Positions 18,846 through 29,144 of a DNA stretch of 64,000 bases are shown piece after piece; the first letter of the stretch is position 1, and the number at the start of each line of letters is the position of its first letter. The DNA comes from Planctomycetota bacterium (lineage in GTDB: Bacteria; Planctomycetota; Phycisphaerae; Phycisphaerales; SM1A02), in contig JAYZAT010000006.1 in assembly GCA_036339555.1 (NCBI GenBank), positions 65 through 64,064 of the forward strand, read 5' to 3'. The position numbers were made by a program, and so were the translations under genes. The notes under the pieces were generated by a model. The model saw only the letters and a list, made by a program, of their open reading frames with translations. It was not told where the DNA came from and ran no database searches.

Positions 18846-19055
18846 AACTCGTGCACCGGCGGTGAAAGCCGCGGGTGGTCTCCAAGGCCTTCCGTCATGA
18901 CTCGGCGGTCTGGGAACCCGGAGACGAAGACAAGAAATGAGGACGCCGAGTCGCAGTCCTACCTGAGCTCGCAGAAATGCAGGTCGACAAGTGACGACCA
19001 ATCGGGACCCAGGAGGGCAAGGCGCAAAGAGGCAGCACTGGCTGCCAAGGTGTGA

Positions 19056-19718
19056 ATGAAGATGATCGAACTACCCGTAACAGATAAGACGGGCAAGAAG
19101 GTCGATACGATCAAGATCGACGAGGCCAGCCTCGGGAACGAGGTACGGCCGTCCCTGCTCAAACAAGCCTATGTCATGTTCCATGCGAACCGTCGCCATG
19201 GTGCCGCGCGCACCAAGAGCCGAGGCATGGTCGAGGGCTCAACTCGAAAGCTCTATAGACAGAAGGGAACAGGCAACGCCCGGGTGGGCAACGCGAGAAC
19301 CGTTGTTCGAACTGGTGGTGGTGTTGCCTTTGCCAAGACGGCTGACACGGGAAAATGGCGACAGCGGATGCCGAAGCGTATGCGTCGACTCGCCAATCGC
19401 AATGCGCTGCTTGCCAAGCTGGTGGACAGCGAGGTCAAGTGCATTGATTCCCTCGACATGGACAAACCCCAAACCAGTGATCTCAAGGGCACGCTCGAGG
19501 CTGTCGGCATCGATCGAACCTGCCTGGTGGCCTTGGCTCCGGACAACCGGAACATGGCGCTGTCGGCTCGCAACCTTGAGAACGTGGACACGATTCGAAT
19601 CGATCAGCTCAACGCCTTTGAGCTGCTCAATCACCGGTATCTGGTCGTCGATCGGGCCTCGCTGGAGGCCTTCCTCGATGGATCTTGCTTCGGTGAAGAC
19701 AACCAGGAGGCTGCCTGA
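19056..19718 (+). CDS. rplD: 50S ribosomal protein uL4
   Basis: KTRGMVEGSTRKLYRQKGTGNAR core, plus operon position. Confidence 0.93.
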   Translation: MKMIELPVTDKTGKKVDTIKIDEASLGNEVRPSLLKQAYVMFHANRRHGAARTKSRGMVEGSTRKLYRQKGTGNARVGNARTVVRTGGGVAFAKTADTGKWRQRMPKRMRRLANRNALLAKLVDSEVKCIDSLDMDKPQTSDLKGTLEAVGIDRTCLVALAPDNRNMALSARNLENVDTIRIDQLNAFELLNHRYLVVDRASLEAFLDGSCFGEDNQEAA

Positions 19719-19996
19719 TGATTGCAACCAGGGTCATTCGACGACCGGTGGTGACCGAGAAGGCCGCCTTCGCGTCCGGAACATTCAATCGGCATACCTT
19801 CGAGATTGATTCCGATGCTCGTAAGGCGGATGTCAAAGCTGCCGTTGAGGAGCTCTATGGCGTTCGGGTGCAGGCAGTGGCGATCCAGAATCGCAAGAGC
19901 CAGCAGCGACGGAGCCGGTTTGGTTATTGGAAAACTCCCGCAACGAAGCGGGCCATTGTAAAGATTCACCCCGACGACAGGATTGAACTGTTCTGA
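19718..19996 (+). CDS. rplW: 50S ribosomal protein uL23
   Basis: IRRPVVTEKA start, KAAVEELYGVRV, and TGATG coupling to rplD. Confidence 0.93.
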   Translation: MIATRVIRRPVVTEKAAFASGTFNRHTFEIDSDARKADVKAAVEELYGVRVQAVAIQNRKSQQRRSRFGYWKTPATKRAIVKIHPDDRIELF

Positions 19997-20044
19997 TCAG
20001 ACAGTAGGAGACGGTACCGGGCTTGGTCCGGACCGGCGAGAACC

Positions 20045-20899
20045 ATGGCGATTCGAGTGCACAAGCCAACGACCAACGGACGACGAAATTCGTCGGTCAA
20101 TATGCACGTCGAGGTCACGAAGAAGACTCCCGAGAAGTCTCTCCTTCGTCCCCTTGGCAGGACTGGTGGTCGAAACAACCAGGGCAAGATTACGGTTCGT
20201 GGCCGTGGTGGCGGACACAAACGTCGCTATCGCATCATCGACTTCAAGCGAATGAAGGATGGTATTGCCGCGAAGGTCATCGGGATCGAGTACGACCCAA
20301 ATCGAACTTGCCACATCGCGCTGCTTGAGTATGCCGATGGTGAACGTCGCTACATCCTCCACCCAGTTGGCCTGGCCGTGGGTGACGAAGTACTCAGTAG
20401 CGACGGTGCCATTGAGCCGAACCCAGGATGCACAATGCCCTTGGAGTACATTCCAACCGGCATCCAGGTGCATGCCATTGAGTTCGAACCCGGTAAGGGT
20501 GCCAGCGTATGTCGATCTGCAGGAAGTTACGCCCAGTTGACCAATAAGGAAGGTCGCTGGGCGACGCTCGTTTTACCCTCCGGTGAAATCCGCCAGGTGT
20601 CCACCAGGTGTCGAGCAACAATCGGGCAGGTTGGAAATACGGATCACCAGCTTGTGAAACTGGGCAAGGCAGGACGCAACCGCTGGCTGGGTCGTAAGCC
20701 AAAGGTTCGCGGTATGGCCAAGAGCCATGATGAACATCCCCTGGGTGGCGGTGAAGGTCGCTCCAAGGGTGGTCGTGAGCCCGCCAGTGCCTCAGGCGTC
20801 AAATCCAAGGGTGGTCGCACCCGTCGTCGTGGCAAGGCATCTGACTCTCGGATCCTGCGGCGTCGCAAGAGCAAGCGTTACGGACAGTTGAAACTCTGA
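20045..20899 (+). CDS. rplB: 50S ribosomal protein uL2
   Basis: [32 protein letters not shown] and [16 protein letters not shown]. Confidence 0.97.
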   Translation: MAIRVHKPTTNGRRNSSVNMHVEVTKKTPEKSLLRPLGRTGGRNNQGKITVRGRGGGHKRRYRIIDFKRMKDGIAAKVIGIEYDPNRTCHIALLEYADGERRYILHPVGLAVGDEVLSSDGAIEPNPGCTMPLEYIPTGIQVHAIEFEPGKGASVCRSAGSYAQLTNKEGRWATLVLPSGEIRQVSTRCRATIGQVGNTDHQLVKLGKAGRNRWLGRKPKVRGMAKSHDEHPLGGGEGRSKGGREPASASGVKSKGGRTRRRGKASDSRILRRRKSKRYGQLKL

Positions 20900-20960
20900 T
20901 TGGAGCGTCCAGCATCACGCTCCAGAGATGGAGCCAGGACATCAGGAAACGGAATACACC

Positions 20961-21245
20961 ATGGGACGATCACTGAAAAAAGGACCGCACGTAGACGAGA
21001 AGCTGTACGGGAAGGTCATGGCGCAAGGCGAAGGCGGTGCCAAGAAGCCAATCCGTACTTGGGCTCGCGCGTGCACGATTGTGCCCGAGTTTGTCGGGCA
21101 CACCTTCCAGGTTCACAACGGTCGGTCGTTCAATGACGTATTCGTTACAGAAGACATGGTTGGGCACAAGCTTGGTGAGTTCTCACTGACTCGAACCTTC
21201 CGTGGTCATACGAACAAGAAGGAAGGCATTAAGTCGGATCGCTGA
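20961..21245 (+). CDS. rpsS: 30S ribosomal protein uS19
   Basis: [12 protein letters not shown]...[22 protein letters not shown]. Confidence 0.95.
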   Translation: MGRSLKKGPHVDEKLYGKVMAQGEGGAKKPIRTWARACTIVPEFVGHTFQVHNGRSFNDVFVTEDMVGHKLGEFSLTRTFRGHTNKKEGIKSDR

Positions 21246-21274
21246 GTATCCGTTCTCCTGTCTGGAGCCAGGTC

Positions 21275-21607
21275 ATGGCCTATCAAGCAAGTCACAAATT
21301 CGCCCGCATCGCACCGAGGAAAGCTCGGCTAGTCGCCGACATGATTCGCGGCATGCGGATTGATGATGCCCTGAACTCCTTGGAGTTCTGCAAGAAACGA
21401 GGCGCCTGGTATCTCAAGGCGGTCCTGAAATCAGCGATTGCCAACGCCGAGGAGCGTGAGGCAGACCTGGAACGCCTCTTCGTCCAGAAGAGTTGGGTGG
21501 ATGAGGGTCGCACGATCAAGCGATTCCGACCCAAGGATCGTGGCCGGGCGCATCCGATCCGGAAGCGCACAAGTCATCTTCATATCGTTCTTGAGGAAGG
21601 GAACTGA
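21275..21607 (+). CDS. rplV: 50S ribosomal protein uL22
   Basis: ARIAPRKARLVADMIRG and operon position. Confidence 0.93.
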   Translation: MAYQASHKFARIAPRKARLVADMIRGMRIDDALNSLEFCKKRGAWYLKAVLKSAIANAEEREADLERLFVQKSWVDEGRTIKRFRPKDRGRAHPIRKRTSHLHIVLEEGN

Positions 21608-21610
21608 TCG

Positions 21611-22315
21611 ATGGGACAGAAAGTACATCCCTTCGGATTCCGAGTGGGCGTCACCGAGGCGCATAAGTCACGTTGGTATGCCCCCAAGGCACTCTTTGCA
21701 GAGTTGCTTGTCGAGGATTACCGAATCCGCCAGTACGTCGATAAGAGGCTCAACAGGACGCCTCCGTTCGCAGCTGTGTCGGATATCCATATTGAACGGA
21801 CCCGCGAGGAACTCAAGATCATCCTGAAGACCGCTCGACCTGGTCTGGTCATTGGTCCCAAGGGTGCCGAGATCGAAAAGCTCACCAGTGATCTGCAAGC
21901 CCTGACGGGTCGAAAGGTGCAAACCCAGATCATTGAGATTCGCAGCCCAGACACCAATGCTCACCTCGTTGCAGAGGCGATCGCAGAACAGATGAAGAAG
22001 CGTTCCAACTTCCGTCGCCTGCTCAAGCAGCGTTGCGAAGCAGCGATCCAGGCAGGTGCCAAGGGTGTCAGAATTTCCGTGGCAGGTCGCCTTGGTGGTG
22101 CGGAAATGTCGAGAACCTTCGTGACGCGACTGGGATCCATTCCCCTGTCCACCCTCCAGGCCAATGTGGATTACGCCAGTGTCCCCAGTCACACGACCTA
22201 CGGCACGATCGGCGTGCGTGTGTGGATTTACAAGGGCATGTACACGGGCCAGGACGAAGACGAACTGGAATCCAAGGCAGCAGGTGGCCGCGCTCGTGCC
22301 CGAGGACGCCACTGA
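21611..22315 (+). CDS. rpsC: 30S ribosomal protein uS3
   Basis: MGQKVHPFGFRVGV and a KH domain with GPKGAEIEKL. Confidence 0.97.
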   Translation: MGQKVHPFGFRVGVTEAHKSRWYAPKALFAELLVEDYRIRQYVDKRLNRTPPFAAVSDIHIERTREELKIILKTARPGLVIGPKGAEIEKLTSDLQALTGRKVQTQIIEIRSPDTNAHLVAEAIAEQMKKRSNFRRLLKQRCEAAIQAGAKGVRISVAGRLGGAEMSRTFVTRLGSIPLSTLQANVDYASVPSHTTYGTIGVRVWIYKGMYTGQDEDELESKAAGGRARARGRH

Positions 22316-22370
22316 TCAGGAGAGGAAAACACTCCGGTGATCATCGCCGGCGTGTCGAGGAGTACGAACG

Positions 22371-22790
22371 ATGCCCCGAATGCCTAAACGAGTCAAGTTC
22401 CGCAAGCAAATGCGCGGCAATATGAAGACGCGCGCTAGCCGTGGCAACTATGTCGCTTTTGGTGACTACGGTCTCCAGGCGTTAGAACCGCACTGGGTCA
22501 GTGCCAGGCAGATCGAGGCTGGCCGTATTGCGGCACAGCACTTCCTGCGTCGTGAAGGCAAGGTTGTTATTCGCATATTCCCAGACAAGCCCATTTCGAA
22601 GAAGCCGTTGGAAACACGAATGGGTAAGGGTAAAGCAGATGTTGATTACTGGGCCGCTCGCGTGAAGCCCGGAACGATCCTCTACGAGATCGCGGGTGTC
22701 CCTGAAGAAATTGCAAAGCGGGCACTTTCCCGTATTGCTCGCAAGATGCCGGTTCGTTGCCGGTTTGTTGGGAAGCGACTGTCGGTGTGA
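22371..22790 (+). CDS. rplP: 50S ribosomal protein uL16
   Basis: PKRVKFRKQMRG...FGDYGLQALE...ARQIEAGRIA. Confidence 0.95.
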   Translation: MPRMPKRVKFRKQMRGNMKTRASRGNYVAFGDYGLQALEPHWVSARQIEAGRIAAQHFLRREGKVVIRIFPDKPISKKPLETRMGKGKADVDYWAARVKPGTILYEIAGVPEEIAKRALSRIARKMPVRCRFVGKRLSV

Positions 22791-22827
22791 TCCGAAAGCG
22801 GGCATCGACCCGGGAGCGGTATGAGTC

Positions 22828-23025
22828 ATGAAACCACGAGACGTGCACAAACTGGGAACTGACGAACTCGACATCGAGGTTCTGCAGTTGCGTCGCAAGC
22901 TCTTTGAACTTGAGAGCCAGCGCGTGACGGAGCGTATCCAGGACACATCACAGTTCAGCCAGATCAAGAAAGATATTGCTCGATTGCTGACCGAAAAGCG
23001 CAGCCGCGCAGGGGCTAAATCATGA
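22828..23025 (+). CDS. rpmC: 50S ribosomal protein uL29
   Basis: 65-aa helical protein ([19 protein letters not shown]) in the conserved position. Confidence 0.9.
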   Translation: MKPRDVHKLGTDELDIEVLQLRRKLFELESQRVTERIQDTSQFSQIKKDIARLLTEKRSRAGAKS

Positions 23026-23306
23026 GTCACCTCAGGGATATCAAAATTACGGATACGGCCTCAAGGCGTGTTGGCGTTGTCGAGTCCGACAAGCGGGACA
23101 AGTCATGCACGGTCTCGATCAATTATCTCGTCAAGCACGACAAGTATGGCAAGTACATCCGTAAGCGAACGAGATTGCATGTTCATGATGAAGATAATTC
23201 GGCCAAGGCCGGAGATCGTGTTGAAATTGCAGAGTGTCGGCCGATTTCGAAGACCAAGTCTTGGACCCTTGTTCGTGTGGTGGAATCGTCTGGAATGGAA
23301 GACTGA
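23022..23306 (+). CDS. rpsQ: 30S ribosomal protein uS17
   Basis: [18 protein letters not shown]...[14 protein letters not shown]...[14 protein letters not shown]. Confidence 0.93.
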   Translation: MSHLRDIKITDTASRRVGVVESDKRDKSCTVSINYLVKHDKYGKYIRKRTRLHVHDEDNSAKAGDRVEIAECRPISKTKSWTLVRVVESSGMED

Positions 23307-23350
23307 ACGTCGTCTTATGGCGGCATGAAACCAGTTGCAGGATTGATGTC

Positions 23351-23734
23351 ATGATTCAGAAGGAATCCAGAATAGAAGTGGCAGACAACAGTGGCGCCAA
23401 GGTCATTAATGTGATCGGCGTCCTTGGTGGTTCGACTGCGCGTGGTAAATACACGCGTCGGACTGCTGGTGTCGGCGACATGGTCGTGGGCTCGGTCAAG
23501 AAGGCACTTCCGAATTCAACCGTGCGTCCAGGTGAAATTGTTCGTGCAGTGATTGTGCGAACGAAGTATCCCACCCGTCGTCCGGATGGCTCGTATGTCC
23601 GATTCGAATCGAACGCGTGCGTCATCGTGAAAGAAGGCAATCCTGCGGGAACACGCATCTTCGGTGCCGTGGCCCGTGAATTGCGAGAGCGGAACCATAT
23701 GAAGATCGTTTCCCTCGCATCGGAGGTGGTTTGA
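23351..23734 (+). CDS. rplN: 50S ribosomal protein uL14
   Basis: [17 protein letters not shown], the canonical uL14 N-terminus. The track ORF starts at an upstream GTG. Confidence 0.96.
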   Translation: MIQKESRIEVADNSGAKVINVIGVLGGSTARGKYTRRTAGVGDMVVGSVKKALPNSTVRPGEIVRAVIVRTKYPTRRPDGSYVRFESNACVIVKEGNPAGTRIFGAVARELRERNHMKIVSLASEVV

Positions 23735-23735
23735 C

Positions 23736-24068
23736 ATGGCTTGGCACGTGAAAAAAGGCGATACCGTGATCGTGACCGCCGGCAATGACTCCGGCAAGGT
23801 CGGCGAGGTTCTCAAGGTGATCCCGAGCGACAGCAGGGTTGTTGTCCAGGGTGTCAATATTCGAACACGACACATGAAGCCGACGCAGCAGAACCCCCAG
23901 GGGGGTCTGCTTCGAAAAGAGATGCCGATTCACATGAGCAACGTGAGTCCTGCTGTGGATGGCCGAGCATCGCGTGTTCGATTTGAGACGAACGCTGATG
24001 GGACGAAAAAGAGGATCGCCGTTCGCGGCGGTAAGGAATTGCACACCCTGCGAGGACCGCGCCGCTGA
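23736..24068 (+). CDS. rplX: 50S ribosomal protein uL24
   Basis: KOW motif VKKGDTVIVTAGNDSGKVGEV. Confidence 0.93.
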   Translation: MAWHVKKGDTVIVTAGNDSGKVGEVLKVIPSDSRVVVQGVNIRTRHMKPTQQNPQGGLLRKEMPIHMSNVSPAVDGRASRVRFETNADGTKKRIAVRGGKELHTLRGPRR

Positions 24069-24094
24069 GGCTTGCGGGCCTGAGGAGTTCAGAG

Positions 24095-24676
24095 ATGGTT
24101 GCCCAGAAGACAAAAACACGGCTGGATGCCAAGTATCAGGACGAGATTGCTCCAAAGCTCATGGAGAAGTTCGGTCTGCGCAACAGGCTTCAGCTTCCAA
24201 ACCTGAGCAAGATCGTGATTAACGTTGCGATCGGTCGCCACCTGGAGAACCAGAAGCTCAAGCAGGATATTGCGGACACAGTGATCGCGACTTTGACGCA
24301 GATATCTGGTCAGCAACCTGTGCTTCGGATGGCCAAGAAATCAGTCGCCAACTTCAAGGTTCGTGAGGGTGCGCCGTCTGGTTACATGGTGACGTTGCGA
24401 CAAGATCGCATGTGGCATTTCCTGGATCGTCTTATGAATCTGGCGATGCCGCGTATCCGCGACTTCCGAGGTGTGAAGGCTGCTGCCTTCGACAAGGAAG
24501 GGAACTACTCCGTGGGTTTGACCGAGCAGGCCGTGTGGCCTGAGATCAACATGGCGCAGGTGACCTTTGTACATGGAATGAATATTAATTTGTGCTTCGA
24601 ACGTTCGAATCCGGACATGAGTCGCTTCCTTCTTGAGGAATTGGGCATGCCGTTCGAACGTAAGGAAGATGACTGA
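24095..24676 (+). CDS. rplE: 50S ribosomal protein uL5
   Basis: [32 protein letters not shown]. Confidence 0.95.
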   Translation: MVAQKTKTRLDAKYQDEIAPKLMEKFGLRNRLQLPNLSKIVINVAIGRHLENQKLKQDIADTVIATLTQISGQQPVLRMAKKSVANFKVREGAPSGYMVTLRQDRMWHFLDRLMNLAMPRIRDFRGVKAAAFDKEGNYSVGLTEQAVWPEINMAQVTFVHGMNINLCFERSNPDMSRFLLEELGMPFERKEDD

Positions 24677-24699
24677 GGAAAGAGAAGGGATTCAGCTTC

Positions 24700-24885
24700 A
24701 TGGCAAGCAAACGAGTCTTTGCACGAATGAATCGGACGCCGAAGTTTTCGACTCGAAAACGGAATCGTTGTCAGATCACCGGTCGCAGCCGCGGGGTGTA
24801 TCGCAAGTTCGGCGTGAGCCGGATTGTGCTCCGTGAACTGGCATTGCAGGGCAAGATCCCTGGTATGCGTAAGGCGAGTTGGTGA
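24700..24885 (+). CDS. rpsN: 30S ribosomal protein uS14, short 61-aa form lacking the zinc-ribbon cysteines
   Basis: [47 protein letters not shown] aligns with type-Z S14. Only 1 of the 4 Cys positions is retained. Confidence 0.93.
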   Translation: MASKRVFARMNRTPKFSTRKRNRCQITGRSRGVYRKFGVSRIVLRELALQGKIPGMRKASW

Positions 24886-24928
24886 ATTCGAGGAAGAGGT
24901 CCAACGAGACCTTGATCAGGAGCGAACG

Positions 24929-25327
24929 ATGTCACAGCAGGATCTGACAGCCGACATGCTGACTCGAATTCGGAACGCGATCCGAAATCATGAGCCCAGC
25001 GTGCGTTGCCTCAACAACCGGTTAAACCGGGGCGTTGCCCAGGTACTCACCGATGAGGGCTACATCAATACCTTTGAGATCGTGGACAACGGTCGAGAGG
25101 GTGTTCTTCGTGTTGATCTCAAGTACGGCCCGCGGGGTGAGGATGTCATCCGCACCATTAATCGGGTCTCCAAGCCTGGCTGTCGGGTGTACACAAAGGT
25201 CAATGATCTGCCACGACCGTTGCAGGGCCTCGGTATTGCCGTCGTCTCGACGAGCAAGGGTGTGCTCAGCGATCGTCGGTGCCGTGAGGAAAAGGTGGGT
25301 GGCGAACTGGTCGCCATCGTCAGCTAG
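24929..25327 (+). CDS. rpsH: 30S ribosomal protein uS8
   Basis: DLTADMLTRIRNA N-terminus and GGELVAIV C-terminus. Confidence 0.95.
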   Translation: MSQQDLTADMLTRIRNAIRNHEPSVRCLNNRLNRGVAQVLTDEGYINTFEIVDNGREGVLRVDLKYGPRGEDVIRTINRVSKPGCRVYTKVNDLPRPLQGLGIAVVSTSKGVLSDRRCREEKVGGELVAIVS

Positions 25328-25353
25328 ACGGGCGCTGTCCCGAGGAACGAGTC

Positions 25354-25914
25354 ATGTCGAGGATCGGAAAAAAACCAATCAGTGTGCCCTCCGGGGTGAA
25401 TGTCAAACTCGACGAGCGAGCGCGGTCGATTGGCATCTCAGGGCCCAAGGGTGACTTGGCTTTCGAGTGGGTTGAAGGTGTCTCTGTCGCCTATGACGAA
25501 GGCGAAAAGACAATCAAATGCTCGATTCCTGAGGCCAACATGTCTCAGCGACAGCAACGGGCCTTCTGGGGCACGACGCGAGCTCGCATTCAGAACATGG
25601 TGACGGGTGTCAGCGATGGCTTTACACGGAAGCTCAACATCGTCGGCGTCGGTTGGAATGCAAAGGTGCAAGGCAAAGGCCTGCAGTTGAACGTTGGCTA
25701 CTGCCATCCCGTTGACTTGACTCCGCCCCAGGGTGTTGATGTTGATGTGGAGAACAACAACAGGATCACGATCAAGGGTGCCGACAAGCATGCCGTGGGT
25801 CAATTCGCGGCTCTGATTCGAGACCAGCGACGACCGGAACCCTACAACGGCAAGGGCATTCTGTACGAAGGCGAAGTTATTACTCGTAAGCAGGGCAAGG
25901 TATTCGGCGCCTGA
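25354..25914 (+). CDS. rplF: 50S ribosomal protein uL6
   Basis: [17 protein letters not shown] and EPYNGKGI. Confidence 0.95.
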   Translation: MSRIGKKPISVPSGVNVKLDERARSIGISGPKGDLAFEWVEGVSVAYDEGEKTIKCSIPEANMSQRQQRAFWGTTRARIQNMVTGVSDGFTRKLNIVGVGWNAKVQGKGLQLNVGYCHPVDLTPPQGVDVDVENNNRITIKGADKHAVGQFAALIRDQRRPEPYNGKGILYEGEVITRKQGKVFGA

Positions 25915-25951
25915 TGAGGTGCATTCAAGGAACGGCCGGAGGGCCAGAACG

Positions 25952-26314
25952 ATGAAACGAATCGAACTCAAGAAAACAAGACGCCTGCGACGTCGTCGTG
26001 GACTGAGGAAGCGCATCCTGGGTGCGCCCGATCGACCGCGACTGACCGTGTTTCGAAGCGCACGTCACATGTATGCACAGATCGTCGACGATCTGCGTGG
26101 TGTGACGATCTGTGCTGCTTCAACCATGGAAAAGGACGGCAAGGCGGACAATGGTGGCAATGCCGGTGCGGCGGCTGTAGTCGGCAAAAAGTTGGCCGAG
26201 CGGGCGTCATCAGCCGGAGTTTCCAACGTCGTATTCGATCGAAATGGCTATCTCTATCACGGTCGCGTCAAGGCGCTGGCCGAAGCGGCACGAGAAGGAG
26301 GTCTGCGGTTCTGA
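25952..26314 (+). CDS. rplR: 50S ribosomal protein uL18
   Basis: [20 protein letters not shown]...[24 protein letters not shown]. Confidence 0.94.
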   Translation: MKRIELKKTRRLRRRRGLRKRILGAPDRPRLTVFRSARHMYAQIVDDLRGVTICAASTMEKDGKADNGGNAGAAAVVGKKLAERASSAGVSNVVFDRNGYLYHGRVKALAEAAREGGLRF

Positions 26315-26344
26315 TTATCTATCGGAACCGTGGTGAGTGACACC

Positions 26345-26974
26345 ATGGCTGAGATGCTTGAAGAATCAGGTGGAATCGAATCAACAACGGTCGGCGTGTA
26401 CCGCACGGCTGCGACGGTCAAGGGCGGACGCCGCTTTAGTTTCTCGTCGCTCGTTGTCGTGGGTGATCGACATGGTCGCGTGGGGCTCGGGTATGGAAAG
26501 GCAAATCATGTGCCGCCTGCCATCGAGAAGGCCCAGAAGCAAGCCAAGCGTGACATGCGACCGTACCCGCTCCAAGGTCGAACATTGCCCCATGAGGTCG
26601 AGGGCCGATTTGGCGCTTGTCGAGTACGCCTTCTGCCAGCTTCGCCTGGTACCGGTGTCATCGCAGGTGCGGCGGTACGTGCTGTTCTTGAGATGCTTGG
26701 TGTCCAGGACTGCTTGACCAAGTCATTTGGATCCAACAATCCAAAGAACCTGTGCAAAGCTGTCTTCAACGGACTTGACGGATTGCGATCCAAGGACGAC
26801 ACGATGCGACTTCGTGGTGTGGAGCTTGGCGAAACTATGGTCGAAGAATCCATTCGACGTGGCCAGGCATTCCATGGCAGCACTGCGGAATCAACTCCGA
26901 CAGCGGAGGCCCAGGCAGAAGACGCCAAGGCGACCGAGTCTGGTGATGCTCCAAAGGAGGAAGCCTCCTCATGA
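26345..26974 (+). CDS. rpsE: 30S ribosomal protein uS5 with an acidic or low-complexity C-terminal tail
   Basis: KGGRRFSFSSLVVVGDRHGRVGLGYGKA core. The extra tail is STAESTPTAEAQAEDAKATESGDAPKEEASS. Confidence 0.94.
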   Translation: MAEMLEESGGIESTTVGVYRTAATVKGGRRFSFSSLVVVGDRHGRVGLGYGKANHVPPAIEKAQKQAKRDMRPYPLQGRTLPHEVEGRFGACRVRLLPASPGTGVIAGAAVRAVLEMLGVQDCLTKSFGSNNPKNLCKAVFNGLDGLRSKDDTMRLRGVELGETMVEESIRRGQAFHGSTAESTPTAEAQAEDAKATESGDAPKEEASS

Positions 26975-27450
26975 TGATTCATGACATTACAAGCAAGGTC
27001 GGACGCCACTCGTCACGCAAGCGTGTCGGTCGTGGTCACGGCAGCGGCCTCGGCAAGACCTCGGGTCGTGGCCATAAGGGCGCAGGATCCCGTTCAGGTT
27101 ATTCCCGCCGAGCCTACTTCGAGGGTGGCCAGATGACCTGGACCCGCCGGATTCCGAAGCGTGGCTTCACGAACAGTGCCTTCCGCAAGCAATACCACGT
27201 CGTCAACCTCAAGGTTCTCGAGGAGCGTGTTGAGGATGGTGCTGATGTCACGATTGAAGTGCTCGCGCACCTGGGAATCGTTCGGGATGACAACTTGCCA
27301 CTGAAGATCCTGGGTGATGGCGACATCACCAAGAAGTTCAACGTAACGGCAGCCAAACTGTCCAAGTCGGCCACAGCCAAGATCGAGGCCGCAGGCGGTA
27401 CGGTGACGGAAATACCTCTGAAGAAGTGGACCAGGAAGAAAAAGGCCTGA
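26971..27450 (+). CDS. rplO: 50S ribosomal protein uL15
   Basis: RKRVGRGHGSGLGKTSGRGHKG. It follows rpsE directly with an ATGA overlap, so there is no rpmD. Confidence 0.94.
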   Translation: MMIHDITSKVGRHSSRKRVGRGHGSGLGKTSGRGHKGAGSRSGYSRRAYFEGGQMTWTRRIPKRGFTNSAFRKQYHVVNLKVLEERVEDGADVTIEVLAHLGIVRDDNLPLKILGDGDITKKFNVTAAKLSKSATAKIEAAGGTVTEIPLKKWTRKKKA

Positions 27451-27485
27451 CCTGCTGGTTTATAAACACCAAGTGGAAACGATAG

Positions 27486-28880
27486 ATGCTTAAAGCGTTT
27501 GCCAATGTGTTCTTGATTCCCGAGTTGAGGAACAGACTCCTCTTCACGATCGGGATGATTGCCATCTATCGGATCGGCTTCTGGATTCCATTGGTGGGTG
27601 TCGATCAGCAGGCATTGAAGGATGCTGCTTCCAAGGCTTCCGAGGGTGGTAGTGGCTGGGGCCAGTTGCTGGACTACGTCTCCATCTTCTCAGGTGGTTC
27701 CCTGCAGCAATCCACGATTTTCGGCTTGGGCATCATGCCCTACATCACGGCTGCGATCATCTTCCAGTTGCTTCAGTCGGCAGTTCCGAAACTCCAGCAG
27801 CTCAAGAAGGAAGGCGCTAGCGGCCAGCAGAAGATCACCGAGTGGACCCGCTATGCAACGGTGGCCATGTGCCTCGTGCAGGGCTTCATGTGGTTGAAGT
27901 TCCTCCAGGCCCAGGGGCTCGTTCGTCCGGAGTTCCTTTCGTCCAGCACCATCCTGGCGTTTTATATCTCCGGTATCGCCACGCGGACCGCCGGCAGTAA
28001 CTTACTGATGTGGCTCGGCGAGCAGATTGATAAATACGGCATCGGTAACGGTGTGTCCTTGATCTTGACGGCCGGCATCATCTCGCAGATGCCCAATGCA
28101 GTTGCCTATCTCGTTGCAGAGACGGACCTCTCACTCCAGGCGAGCGAGGGCAGTATCGGCATTGTGGGCATCCTGTTCCTGATCGCAGCCTTCGTGATCG
28201 TGGTGGCTGGTGCCATCTTGATTACCGTGGCTCAGCGACGAATTCCCATTCAGCAAGCTCGGCACACGCGCGGCCGGCGGACGTATGGCGGTCAGCGTCA
28301 CTACTTGCCACTTCGCGTCAACCATGCCGGCGTGATGCCCATCATCTTCGCTAGCTCGCTGTTGATCTTCCCGGCGACATTCCTGGGCTACCTCAGTACC
28401 TCGGTATCTCCGGAGGCGCCTGCATGGTGGCAGACATTCGTGATCTTCCTGAACACGAACTTCCAGTTTGGGGAATATCCCTACATCGTCTGCGAGATCA
28501 TCCTGATCTACTTCTTCAGCTACTTCTGGACAACAGTTGTCTTTAGTCCGGACGACATGTCCCAGCAACTGAGGGAGAACGGGAGCTTTATCCCGGGTCT
28601 CCGTCCGGGGCCGCGGACAGCTGAATATCTTGAGACGGTTGTCGAGCGTGTCACGTACGTGGGCGCCGGCTTCCTGGCGGTTATCGCGGTCATCCCATCG
28701 ATGGTCGCGCGGTACATGGATATCCCGTTCTTCGTGGCCAGCTTCCTTGGAGGTACAGGCCTGTTGATCGTGGTCAGTGTTGGCCTTGATTTCATCCAGA
28801 GAATCGAGGCCAATCTCTTGATGCGTAATTATTCCGGTTTCCTGAGTTCAGGAGATTCGGGTCGAACGGGACGAGGGTAG
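27486..28880 (+). CDS. secY: Preprotein translocase subunit SecY
   Basis: 10-TM protein. ELRNRLLFTIGMIAIYRIG, GIMPYITAAII and conserved position. Confidence 0.96.
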   Translation: MLKAFANVFLIPELRNRLLFTIGMIAIYRIGFWIPLVGVDQQALKDAASKASEGGSGWGQLLDYVSIFSGGSLQQSTIFGLGIMPYITAAIIFQLLQSAVPKLQQLKKEGASGQQKITEWTRYATVAMCLVQGFMWLKFLQAQGLVRPEFLSSSTILAFYISGIATRTAGSNLLMWLGEQIDKYGIGNGVSLILTAGIISQMPNAVAYLVAETDLSLQASEGSIGIVGILFLIAAFVIVVAGAILITVAQRRIPIQQARHTRGRRTYGGQRHYLPLRVNHAGVMPIIFASSLLIFPATFLGYLSTSVSPEAPAWWQTFVIFLNTNFQFGEYPYIVCEIILIYFFSYFWTTVVFSPDDMSQQLRENGSFIPGLRPGPRTAEYLETVVERVTYVGAGFLAVIAVIPSMVARYMDIPFFVASFLGGTGLLIVVSVGLDFIQRIEANLLMRNYSGFLSSGDSGRTGRG

Positions 28881-28901
28881 TACGGAGGAATTGGGTACAG
28901 C

Positions 28902-29117
28902 ATGGCCAAGGAAGAAAAGATCACCCTGGATGCCGTCGTGACAGAGGCGTTGCCTGATACTCGATTCAAGGTCGAGTTGGAAAATGGGCAGCAGATTCTC
29001 GCGTACATCAGCGGCAGGATGCGTAAGTTTTACATTCGCATCCTTCCTGGGGACAAGGTCAAGGTCGAGTTGAGCCCTTATGACATGACGAAAGGTCGCA
29101 TTGTCTATCGGCAGTGA
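28902..29117 (+). CDS. infA: Translation initiation factor IF-1
   Basis: S1-like 71-aa protein: [40 protein letters not shown]. Confidence 0.95.
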   Translation: MAKEEKITLDAVVTEALPDTRFKVELENGQQILAYISGRMRKFYIRILPGDKVKVELSPYDMTKGRIVYRQ

Positions 29118-29144
29118 CGATTGATAGGAAGAACGGGTGAACAC

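Noticed and set aside
18897-19055. The 52-codon ORF in the rplC-rplD spacer, considered as a real N-terminal extension of uL4 through TGA read-through or recoding.
   Set aside because: The uL4 N-terminus MKMIELPV is a normal start and the upstream peptide has no uL4-like sequence. There is no evidence for recoding. It is reported only as part of the spacer finding.
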